From Zygnema circumcarinatum SAG 698-1b (Eukaryota; Plantae; Zygnematophyceae), in assembly GCA_037447605.1 (NCBI GenBank), contig CM074816.1:2074525-2138524 (forward strand): 64,000 bases of DNA, read 5' to 3'. Below, in pieces: positions 52,718 to 64,000 of this stretch (within the stretch, counting starts at the first letter, position 1; each line of letters begins with the position of its first letter). A model generated the notes under the pieces. It did not search any database and was not told the origin of the DNA. It saw only the letters and a program-made list of their open reading frames with translations. Position numbers and translations under genes: made by a program.

Positions 52718-55700
52718 TCATTTCTTAAGATTTGTGCGCGATAAGATGCGCTTTCCATATGGGCTGCTTCTCAATGTCTGTAAGTGGGGTCGAATGGCAT
52801 CATTCAAACAGGCATGGAGTGATCCCTGCAAAGCAACCCGTACAAGTTAGCATAAGGCCGTAGCAAAATCAGCTCAAGATGGGCAGCAGGGACCTGAGGT
52901 TCCACCAGGGCATCGCTCATTTTCAGCTGAATTTCAAAAGAGCAGTTGACTTAAATATGGAGTTAAAACCTAAAGCGCCCCTCAACGAGGAAGTCGGAGA
53001 GAAACTTGTAATTTTGACGAAGGACACCATGCTGACCGAAAGACTCAGGTTCTCAAATGAATTGTCAATCCAATCTGGCTTAAAAGAGTGTTAAGTTGAA
53101 GTTTCAACGCATACCTTTGAAACAGCAAGAGCAGATTGGATTACATAGTTTGCGAAGGGATCCTGCAGAAGCTGACCCAGGCGTGGGGACGCCGTCAATT
53201 CCCTAACGATCCGCGCGCGGTGGTCTTCCCCCGCCAGCTTCAAGCACTTCTCAACAACATTGGAGCTGAACTTCTGTTGAGCCAAGAATGCATAATTTCC
53301 CTCCAATCGGACCATAACCTCCACGGAAGCCCACGGAAGGTTAAGGTCCAAAATGTATTGCACCACGTAGTTCCTGAGCACAAATAGAATATTTACAAGG
53401 ATGAGAACCCTCAAGAAAATCAGGAAGGATCACAAAAATATGAGTGAAAACAACTCAATGTTTAAGGCCAGTCACCACAGTGCGAGCAACACGGGATCTC
53501 CTGGACATCTAGAGGACATGCTGCCTAAACACAAGGTTGCCTTTCAAGAACAGAAGCGAAAGATATGAAGCCCTCTTCAAACACCTTGTCAAATACACAA
53601 TCCTTCGCTATTTAAAAAACACAGCCATTATCTCAGTTAGTGAGGTGTCACCGCTAAGCATGGATAGACAGCATACCCAAACGGGTCCTGTGAGAGTGTG
53701 AGCGCATTAGCTGCGATTTCGGAGACAAGTCGTTCTTGTTGCCCGCCAGAAGCAAAGTCTACACAGCGTTGCAGTACACAACATCCATGGCGGTGCGTGG
53801 CAATTTCCACACAATGGCTTGCAGCTGCATCAAATATGAACTGCCCAAACCACCCACAAGTGAATCGTCACGTGAGAGTCCAGATCCTGCAAAACGCATA
53901 CACGTCGAACAAAGCGTGGATGACCTGGCTCTACATGATTCACCAACTGTTTTGCATTAAAGTTGCATACTTTTTCCACACAAACAAACATATAAAAATG
54001 TCACTCAACAGATTCAGCCAATCGGCAACGAGATAAACGAGTGCGAGCTAAAACGCGACGTGGCTTCCAAACTATCGTGGATAAGCCAGGTCTGCATGAA
54101 GCGACCTGTGAAACTCTTCAAAAAGGTGGGAATTCTTTAATGAGACAAACTTCCATGCAAGGTCGGTACAAGAAGAACAAAAAGACACACACCCTCGCAG
54201 CATAATGTCTGAAATACAGTCTTCAAATTCAGAATGATTTACATGCCCAGATAAACAGAATCTTCACGGAAATCGCCACAAACAGGTGGCATGCAGACTT
54301 GCAACTTCATTAGTCCGGCACCTGTGAATCTTCGTTTGAAAGGCGCTGTAGGCAGCGTTGCACAACGTGATTTCCATTCAGATCATTAATAAGCGCAACC
54401 ACCCCTGGACGCAGGGAGCCGACGACAAGCGCCACCTGCTCTGTTCCCTGAAGTGTTTCTATCAGCTTCTGCACAGCACGAGTCCTGCACCGCCAACAGA
54501 TCGCTGGAATTGTGAGGCAAACAGCTATGGTTCAGATGTTCCATGATACTCAAGTTAAAACCGACGTTATAGTTGGGCAGCGATACGTGGGCCTAAATTC
54601 ATTTTAAAGACGAATCGAACGACAAAGTGCATATCAAAACATCCAAGCATCCGAACAAAGGGGATCATATGCCAGAAGTGGCTGACTATTCCGCAGAATG
54701 ATGCTAAGCAAACCTCCACGCCAGTCCAGGCACCCACCCATGCATGTTGAGCGAGATAGTAACAAGGTCTCCATTCGCAGTAACCTGATGAAGTATTTCC
54801 ATGCGCTGATTCTCAGTGCACACCTCTAGCAGCTTCTGCACCAGGTAATTGCCAAAGGGATCTGTCATAAGTTCAATAATATGTCCAATGATCTCCGAAA
54901 ATATCTTGGCAACATCATCCGGTCCACCCTCATCGAACTTGCGCTGCAGGAACCTGGATGTGCCCACCCAAGACAAAAACCACAGAGACTCAATGGCAGG
55001 TTGGAACAAAAAACGATATCTAACAGTATACGTAAAGACAAGCTGGCTTCAGATACTCGGAACTTCTCGTAAACAAGATTTCAGGTAGCCTGTCCTTGAG
55101 TTGGATATCTCACAGCTTTTTGGTCTACTTTTTCTTGTGAGTCACAATCCAATTCAAGCTGCCGTGCTGACCAGTACTTGCTTGACACGCTCAAGCAATT
55201 TACTATCAAGACACCTTTAACTAGATTTGTACATCCTATTAATTCTGGCTTATAGCATGTGGCCACAACGCCTTGGTAGTGATTACAGATGCGTCATACA
55301 TGTGCACCTTGTGAAAGAGCTTCACCAGCTCTAAAGAGACGTCAGGTCAGGCTAGAGGCAACCCCATGTCAACAGACAGATAACTTGCCAAGCCAATATT
55401 GCATGAACAATGGCATTGCCCACAAAAGTACATGGGAACAAGAAGGATGAGTAGGAAACCTTGGGAAATACCTGCAGCCATGCTGATCTTTAGCTATAGT
55501 GTAAATCCTCCCCTCCACCTCTTCCAGTGTAGAATACTTGGTCTGTTGGTGGTGGGATGATGATAGTGCAGTCACACCTCCACCGCTTATGGCACGCTGT
55601 GAGTGCAATCCGTTTGTATTCATGTGACTGCCCACTCCAGGCTCAGCTATTGCATACTCTAAATGTGCTGATCTGCTTCCCTCTTTGGCAAGTTCTCCAT

Positions 55701-58700
55701 TCAGTGTGCCCTCCCCGTCTGTGTAACTGCTAGTGAATCCATTGGCCGGATAATCAGTTCCTTTACGCCTTTGAAGTTGCCCAGATGAGGAGCCAACATT
55801 TCCACCATTGCTTGCAGAGCCACCTCGAGGGCTTGTCTTGCCCCTAGAAGAAATTCTTTCAGGAGGATAAGATGGACCAAACCGACGTTCTTCTTTATCT
55901 CGACCAGAAGACACACCCCTATGTTCACTCTCCCTTCTGTCAACCCCGCCAACTGCTCCCCTTTCTCCTCCCTGACTTCCCGGTAAGGCTGGCTGACTGT
56001 GTAGGAATGGACAAGAGTTTCCTCTACTACAGTATCCTTGCATGAAGTATCGGCACACACCACCTGGCCCAGCTCCAGCATGATGACCCCCTCTGCCGTC
56101 CCCTAGAGATGTCGCAGCGACAGGTCCACCACTCTTCCAGGTATCCTCTGAATTGGCAGAGCGCGACCTCACAGGCTTGTGGCCTTGAGATTGTGAGAGT
56201 GGCAACATAGCATTGGTAGAAGCCTGACGAGAAATTGAATGAGGAGATTGTCCCTGAGGCCCAAATAGCATCCACTGATTTTGGTGCGGCTGCGGCTGCT
56301 GGACACTTTCCAAATGATGCTGCTGCAAAAGCAATTGCTGTTGTAACTGTTGCCTTTGCTGTCGGAGCCTCTCATCCTCCATCTGCGCTTGCAACCGCTG
56401 AGCCTGTGCTTGAAGCGCCACCATCTGTTGAGCTCGCTGAACCTGCAGTTCACAATTTCATGTTTCAGCCATGACATGTAGATAATATGAGGAATATGGC
56501 TACGTTGCACAGTAAGGCAAACCGCCAAACTGCCAGACCCAAGCGCTACCAAGAAGTGTGACAGAAATTAAGGCAATGAGTTTAGAACTTGGATAAATAT
56601 CAAAAGATAAAATAGAGCTACATATAGATTCAGGCTCAGGGCAACCAAACGAACAACGACAGATTTTCACACTGTGTACCTGCTGCATTTGAAGGAGACT
56701 TGCCATGTCATACTCCAAGGGGATTGGCTGCTGCAAACCCGTCGCAGCTGAGAACAGATCTAATCCTGTAGGAACCCCAGCAGGAAACATTCCTGCTGCC
56801 TGCATTGCAGCTGCAGAATAAGCATCTAAAGGAGCTCCTCCTCCAAGACCCAGTGTGTCAAGACCCATACCTCGTGGTGGCCCACCTCCTAGGCCTCCAA
56901 CACCTAATCCTGCTCTCCCTGCACCATACAAATCGAGACCACCGGCTCCCCTACTTCTAAGGAGTTGTTCGTACAGCTGAACACCATTTGATCCCAATGC
57001 TGCCGGGGGTAATCCACCGGTGGCCAGCGCACTAGCCGCATCTAAGCCTGTCGGAGGCACACCTCCATCAAAGCCAAACCTTCCTAAGCCACCTCCTCCC
57101 AAAGGCTCAAGGCCTTGTGGCCATTTGCCAAACATGCCCAGTCCACTAGTGGGCGTGGCAACTCCATTTCGGGCAATGAAATTGTCCAAGCCCCCCTGAT
57201 TCCCAGCCCCATAAAGTGCAGCCATGGTAGCTGAATATTGGTCCATGCTGCTGGCTTCATTGTTGGCATTCATCAAGCGGCCAGCCTCACCGCTCATCAT
57301 GTTTCCCCTCATGCCTTGGCTGCTGAGCCCCTCAATATTTTCATTGGAACCTCTTGTTCCCTGGTTATTCCTTCGAGGCAATTTCCCATCCTCCCTTCCA
57401 GGAGAACTCCCCTTCCTGGCACCTGAGGAAGTCTCTCCGAAACCATGTCCTCCAAATGCCGAGGAAAGGGCTTCATCGTCAAGCTGCTGATGCGACTTTT
57501 CTTGCTGTTGCTTCTGATGTGACTGCTTCTGTTGCTTCTGCTGCTGATGATGGTGCTGTTGCTGTTGCTGTTGTTGTTGTTGCTGCTGCTGCTGTTGCGG
57601 CTGCTGCTGCTGCTGTTGTTGTTGCTGTGATTGCGGCTGAGACTGTTGCTGTTGCTGTGACTGCGAATGCGACTGCGGTTGCGTCTGCGACTGCAGCTGA
57701 GGCTGCCTTTGTGGCTGGTCTGGCTGTTGCTGTTGCTGCTGCTGCTGCTGCCTCTGCTTTTGAACCTGTCTCTCAACTTCCTCTAGAAACTGCTGCTGCT
57801 CTTGCTGCTGCTCCTGCTGGTGATGTTGGCGATGGAAGAAACTGTGCCGGGGACTACTGCTGTCTAATCCAAGACCAATGAAAAAAGGTGACAAATGACT
57901 GGCTATGGCCTTGGGAGACTCTGTGTACAACTGCCTATTTTCCATCGGTGGTGGCAGTTTTTTAACTCCCGAGTACATCTTGTAGAACTCCTCATAATCC
58001 TCATCAAGACGAATATCTACAGTTAAGAAAAAAAAAGAGAGGGTCTCAGATATTCCCGTGTGGTCCGAACTTTGAAGGTTATTTATTTAAACATGAAGTG
58101 AGAGCAAAAACAGGTTAACCAGGAACATTCAAGCATCTAACAAAAGCTTTCGAAGAGACATTATACATTCGATTCGATTTTGAGGAACTGGGGGACACCA
58201 GTACTGAATTATATAACTGAGATTCTGACTTACACTATCTCCTTCCAGTAAACTAGTTTTACATCAACTTTAGCCAATTACAAAAATGGAGAGTTGCCCG
58301 CAATAACACCTTAAAGACAAGAACCAGCACTACATGACCAAGAAGTTCCAAAACGGAACCAATCCAGCACTGACATGAGCGGAAGAATAATAGCCAATTC
58401 AGTCGTGCGAACTTGTAATTTCAAGATAAACTAAGCCATTCATGAATGACATAGCTGCAGAAGGTCGAGCAAACTGAAGGGCAACGGACAGAGAGCACAT
58501 TGCAATTGGGGACTCAACAGGCAAACAAGTTCTCAGCTTTCTCAACTTTTGGGCAAATATTATAGACGCGAATTCAAATGACACCAAAACTCATAGAACA
58601 ACCAAAGAAACATTGGCGGAGTTAGAATCACCTGCGAAAGGCTTAACTGCCACCTCGTCCTCTCGCACCAGTACAAAGGGACTGTCATCCAGTGCAGGTC

Positions 58701-60200
58701 CATATGCCCTCTGATATTACGAACACATACAATCCACAGAATCTCTGACTGTGAGTGCTTTAATACAATCACCTTAAAACTTTCAGGATATCGTATTCAT
58801 CAAAAAGTATACCAGCTTGAAGTAATGCAAACGATTTCTCGATAACACTGACAGCTTTAGTTCTTGTAAGCTCTCCTGCATAGTATCATCATACTCCTCG
58901 ATATAGTAACTGAAAACGGGAGCAGCATCGGTAACAGGACATCCAGGATAAGCGGCAAACATCATTTTCATTCAATTGTTTTTCTCACTTTCTAGAGATA
59001 TGTATATGTACCGGACAGTTTAAGATAAAAACGTTCAATTGGATGCGGGAACCTTGTGGTATTTTCCAGATAGTGAGGACCAAACAGTTGTTGCTCCCCC
59101 TTCTGAAGGTCTCTCCTCACTCCATCAGACCAGCACCTTTCATGCCTCACGGAGCAAACTATTGCTTTTCATCCTCCCGCTATATGCAATGTGTACGGAG
59201 CTTATTTGCAACCTGAGCTCTACCGAGTAGCTGCCGCAATCCAGTCGGAAAGGACTCTGGAGGCTGACCTTTCTTAGCAGTGTGGATGTGCGACTTTCAC
59301 TTTCATGCAGAATGTTCCAATGGTTTGCAGCTTTATTTGGATAGGAGTGGAATAGAGAGGAGAGGAGAGTGGGAAGAATACGCCTTTGAGATAACGCAAC
59401 TACAGTGACAAAAACATTACCAGGTTGGGGCATCCACGTAACGTGATCATCAAACCTTACGCGAATAAGAGTGAATGTTAAATAGTAAATGAGACCACCT
59501 ACATCAAGCGGATTATGGGAGCTCAACCAAACGAGGGCTGATAAGGCCCTAGACTAACATCTCAATGAAAATAAACCGACAGACGATGATTTACGGGGAC
59601 TATCACCAAGATAAGAAGGAGACACACAGGCAACTACTTTTCGCTAATGTCCGCCGTTTTCATACAATTTTCATAGGAAAACGGACATTTCGAGAAAACC
59701 GACATGCACTTGCAACGCTGTACTCCTACAATCAGCGGCATTCCAGCGGCTGGTCCTCCACGATCAATGAGCAGTTCATAAGCATTTGCACAGATGTAGC
59801 GGGGGCAACCCTAGGAAGGAAAAACGACATTTGAACTGCGCTGTCCTTGTCTGACGAAGCGAAAGGCTTACGGCCAATACCACTACCCATTCGTAAACCT
59901 AGAAACCAAACCTTACTGTGCTTCGTTTTTGGGCAATGCCTCTTCAGAAGTGGTTGGAGCAACATTACTCAGGCAAGTTTGACACAAGCAAACGCTAAGC
60001 ATAGCTGAGTCTGAGTGCGCGTGGGAGTGGGGGAAGAGCAGCGGGCGAGGACGAGGAGAAGAAGGCGGAGGCAGCGGGCCAACCTGGAGCTCTTCCAGGT
60101 GCGGCGGCGCAGACGTGGCGCGCGGAATCTCGTCCAGGAGCTGCTCGAACTCGTCGTCCGGAGGCGCGTCCTGGCGCGGCTCCATGGCCGCCCCCGCCAT
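52718..60200 (-). CDS. Pumilio/PUF RNA-binding protein (APUM7/APUM12-like) with polyQ region and CCCH zinc finger
   Basis: Exon 60084-60200 (DEFEQLLDEIPRATS, an APUM7/12-like N-terminal motif). Unresolved small exon(s) lie in 58.0-60.0 kb. Further exons: 56680-58016 (EDYEEFYKMY...LPPP, polyQ), 55472-56442 (CCCH; IYTIAKDQHGC), 54738-54953 (LMTDPFGNYLVQKLL), 54322-54484 (TRAVQKLIE...DLNGNHVVQRCL), 53677-53840 (IATHRHGCCVLQRC...QDPF), 53115-53373 (NYVVQYIL...QKFSSNVVEKCL...DPFANYVIQ) and 52718-52825 (SSPYGKRILS...KK*). Confidence 0.95.
57486..57825 (-). repeat. CAG/CAA-rich coding repeat (polyQ/QPQ low-complexity domain)
   Basis: (CTG/TTG)n on the + strand. In frame it encodes about 110 residues dominated by Gln. 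Confidence 0.95.
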
Positions 60201-60274
60201 GGAGCGCTGCAGCCCTAGCCGCACGCGCGCATGCGCGTCGGCCCTCTTCTCCGCCTCCCCCGCCCTCGCCCGCG

Positions 60275-60310
<36 letters not shown>

Positions 60311-60671
60311 GGGCGGGAGGGCGCTCTGACAGTCCTGCACGCTGTCTGCCTCGTCCCACTGCGCGAGCCGACCGCCTCCGCATCGCACGGCCCCGATTCT
60401 GCCACGTCACTCGCACACGGGATCCTCGGGCTCGCGTTGCCGTCGGATTCCGGGCAGGGCCGGCGGAGCAAGCAGGCAGGCGTGGCTCTGGCTCTAGGGG
60501 CGGGCGAGGCAAGGCGAGGCGAGGACTGGAACTGGAACTGGAACTCCAACTGAGACTGGGACTGTGACTGGAACTGGAACCGAGACTGGGACTGGACCGG
60601 GGCGTGCGCGCGCCGCCCGCCGTACGGAGAGAGGGAGGCCCGCTGCTCGCTCGCTGGCAGCACACGGAAAC

Positions 60672-60935
<264 letters not shown>

Positions 60936-62077
60936 GAATTAGAATTCAATTTTGATGGAATTCTACAACACGACACTGCGTTTTATTGTACATCCCTAGC
61001 AAAGGTGCGGTTCGTTGGTTGGTTGGTTGGTTGGCTGGCTGGCTTGGGTTTACGGTAGGTACCGTACGTATGACGGCTGCGCTGCGTGGTTGGTTGGTTG
61101 GGTGTGCGCCCGCCGCCAAGCGCAGCCTCTCCCTCCCCTCCGCCAAACCCGCCCACTACCGTCCCGTACTTGGCTCCCTGCTCCGCTCGGTTGGCGCGAG
61201 CGAGCACGGGGCGCTGCCGCGTGCTGGCATTCATCGCATGCATCGTCGCCCGGCGAGCTCTCCGTATTACACAGCACTTACAGTAGGGCGCAACCCTTTG
61301 GCGACCTTCCAGCAAATTGAAAAAACATTTGATTTACCGAGTTTTGATTTTTTAGAATTGTGACACTGTTGAGTACGCGTGGTTTGGACTCAACTGCTCT
61401 CTTGACAGTTTTTGCTCTCCATTGAGCCACTTTATTATGAAGACAACTGCAACATTATTTTCTCCTCTTTATGCTGAAGTGGCACGACAAGGCGAGGAAG
61501 CGGCACCACGCAAACAAACCACAACAGTCATACGGACCCTTAGTCGGCGGCAAAAACGTTCCACAGAGTACTACTGTATTTCACCCAAGCTCAACCGCCC
61601 ACTGCACCGTGGAGTGGCAGCTGGTTGTCCGCACCAATAAGGCAGGAAAGAAGGTGCAGTCAAGTCATCAGCCATGGCTGCAAGAAGCGAATTGGACAGC
61701 TCATCCATCACATTTTCTCTATAAGGGCCAATTCAGGAGACATACAAAACATCCACGTTCTTCATGTGGACAACCTCACATAGGACTGACCACTGCCTTG
61801 CAGAGGTAAGTCAAGCTGAATGCCGGGGGGAATTCTACAACCGGCCGTGCCATGCCTCACCACGGCAACGACTGCGGAAAAAATTGGAGCCTGTTTTGGC
61901 TGAAGGTCTCTGTTGGAATCCCTTGCAGAGCCACACGCTGGCAGACCGCAACTCGAGCAGCTCTTCCATCTCCTCCATGTCACGCTCGACGACAGTCGAC
62001 GGGCTTGGGTTAGTCTCCGGACCTTGCGGACCCAGGGGTCAGCCGGGCGTAGGGGTCAGCCGGGCGTAGGTGCCACG

Positions 62078-64000
62078 TCAGAAAAGGTTGTGAGAACCCG
62101 CTGAGAGGGACAGCACGGCTGTGTACGTCCCCGTCACGGCGCATACGCAGCCCACGGCCACAATGCCATAGTTCCAGGATCGCTCTGCCAACGTCAGCCT
62201 TTCTCCGAAGATGCTGAGGTACGCCACTGAGGGGAAGACTATGCTGACCGCTCTGCACAATGGCACCATGCGGGGCTTGGCATCCTGAGCGTGCTTCTTC
62301 GTCAGGAAGGAGGCAAGGACCCATATCCTTAGCCATCAACGGTCGCTCAAGGAGAGCCTATGCGGACTTTTGCTGTCGACAACCAAATTACGAACCAACC
62401 ACGTCTGTGCAACCTTTAAGCCTACAAACACCAAATGGGATGGCTGGCAGACGACTCACAATGTGAGGCAACTTCCAATGACCGCCATAACCCCCGCAAA
62501 AGCTGGAATAGAAGTGGCAAGGCCCTGCAGACACTCCCCCCAAGCGAGTCTCGTTAGGGAATATTTGCGGGCCAAACCAACACGTAAAAATTAGCTCTTC
62601 TATGTCCCCTCAACCCAGCTTTGTCGGTCAGGGCATGAAGCTTCAAAACACAGCGTTACCAATGCAAGAAGGCCGAGAGTTGTTCGCGCTATCACACGAA
62701 CTGATGGTTGCAGCTGCTGCACCTGCAGATTGGTCTGCACATCTGCATTGCAAGATACATCGCAAGCGTCAAGACCAGGTCATACTTAATCAAAAGGAAC
62801 GTGACCCTACTTGCTCTAAGACGAGAGCTAAGGAACGCAGGCTCATGCCCGTTAGTGGGGGTCAGGATAGAAGCAGAAGTCAGTGGCCAAAGGAGTCGAA
62901 ATCAAATCCTCTTCTAGGATAGCTAATGAAAAAAAAGGGAAAAAAAAAATAGCAACGACGAGACAGATTGGATGCAGGCACGATGAGTTTCACTTGCATG
63001 GAGTGGAATGCAAAACCTAAAACGATTCCACAGCGAGAGTCGATTCTGGCATAAACAGAAGGAAGTAATAAATAAGCATATATACAAGCAACCAAGGTTG
63101 GGAAATAGGAGAAAAGCCGCTCTGGGCAGGGGTTGGAAATAAAGGAAATTGGGAAATTCAATGACCATGTAAAGGAGGGAGATCTAGCACATGTGGAGCT
63201 GACTAGAAGGCAATGTGGAGAGAGGATGAGTCAAGCGTTAATGCCAGCAATTATTTCAAGTGAAAAGGGCTTATCAATGTTGAAAACTCAGTTCAGGTGG
63301 AATAAACTGGTCAAGAATGTAACTGCTAACCTCCGGACTGGAAGCGCTGAATGGCACCTTCAACACCACGAGCCACCGGCTCCAATGTCAAAGCAAACTG
63401 CAGTCAACCGAGGCCAGGCGGTCATACAGTGTAGCAATTGAAACGAGCCAGACGTCTGCCTCATCTGAGAAAGAAAATATCTACTCCTGGAATAGCGGCT
63501 GAAGGATTGAATGGTAATGATGTAAATTTTCGTTATGTCGTGTGAACCTTTTCAATCAAGGGCTTTCAGGCCTTCCCTCTAAGAATGCCACTGTGCTCTA
63601 GACTGCAGAACTACCAGTTTGCACACCTTCGTGAAGGGGTTGACCACAATTAGACTGCCGATTGTGCAGCCGCCACAGAAGGATGCATTTGACAACAGGT
63701 CAAAGAGGTAGTTAATAACGGAAGCCCAAAAAGAAAGCGCCTTCGTACCCAGAGATCAACACGCTATTCTCCTTAAAAAGGATCATCAGCTGGACCGAAG
63801 AATCACTAACGAGCCCATTCCTGTGTTAGTCTATAAGCATCCGGTTAGGAAAACGTAGCCTTCAACAAATGGGAATCCATACGATAAAAAGACTCTGGCT
63901 GGTTTCAACGTTCGGCAGCACCAAGTCTCCAATGCTGGTTCCGCAAATCGAGCGATAAAATGAATTTTGAAGGTGTAGGAAATGAATGGCAAAGACACCT
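62078..64000 (-). CDS. Amino-acid transporter (AAAP / AVT1-like), 3' part only; gene continues beyond the right edge
   Basis: Exon pieces ...VVNPFTK (ends 63627), FALTLEPVARGVE (starts 63397), 62660-62722 (VIARTTLGLLAL), 62460-62524 (IPAFAGVMAVIGSCLT) and 62078-62252 (SIVFPSVAYLSI...GIVAVGCVCAVTGTYTAV...*). These are typical AVT1 C-terminal helices. One junction is unresolved. Confidence 0.85.

Overview
Eukaryotic nuclear DNA from a streptophyte. The land-plant-type genes (NAD-ME, LFR, GT43, APUM7/12-like Pumilio) together with TTTTAGGG telomeric repeats suggest a streptophyte alga, but the species cannot be fixed from sequence alone. The window has two gene-rich arms. The left arm (1-20.8 kb) holds a mitochondrial NAD-malic enzyme gene running off the left edge, tRNA-Leu(UAA), a hypothetical gene, a GT34/MNN10-type glycosyltransferase and several long-TIR DNA transposons with 8-bp TSDs. 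The right arm (41.2-64 kb) holds LFR, a GT43 glycosyltransferase, a self-nested TIR-element cluster, a polyQ/CCCH-containing Pumilio gene and an AVT1-type amino-acid transporter running off the right edge. Between them lies a ~20-kb gene-free island bounded by telomere-type repeats that face each other. It contains a ~1-kb (TTTTAGGG)n array ending in a 100-N gap, a nest of related non-coding LTR retroelements, and a 24-unit 174-bp satellite fused directly to degenerate telomeric repeats. Exon models were spliced by eye using GT-AG sites and remembered homolog motifs; no database searches were run.
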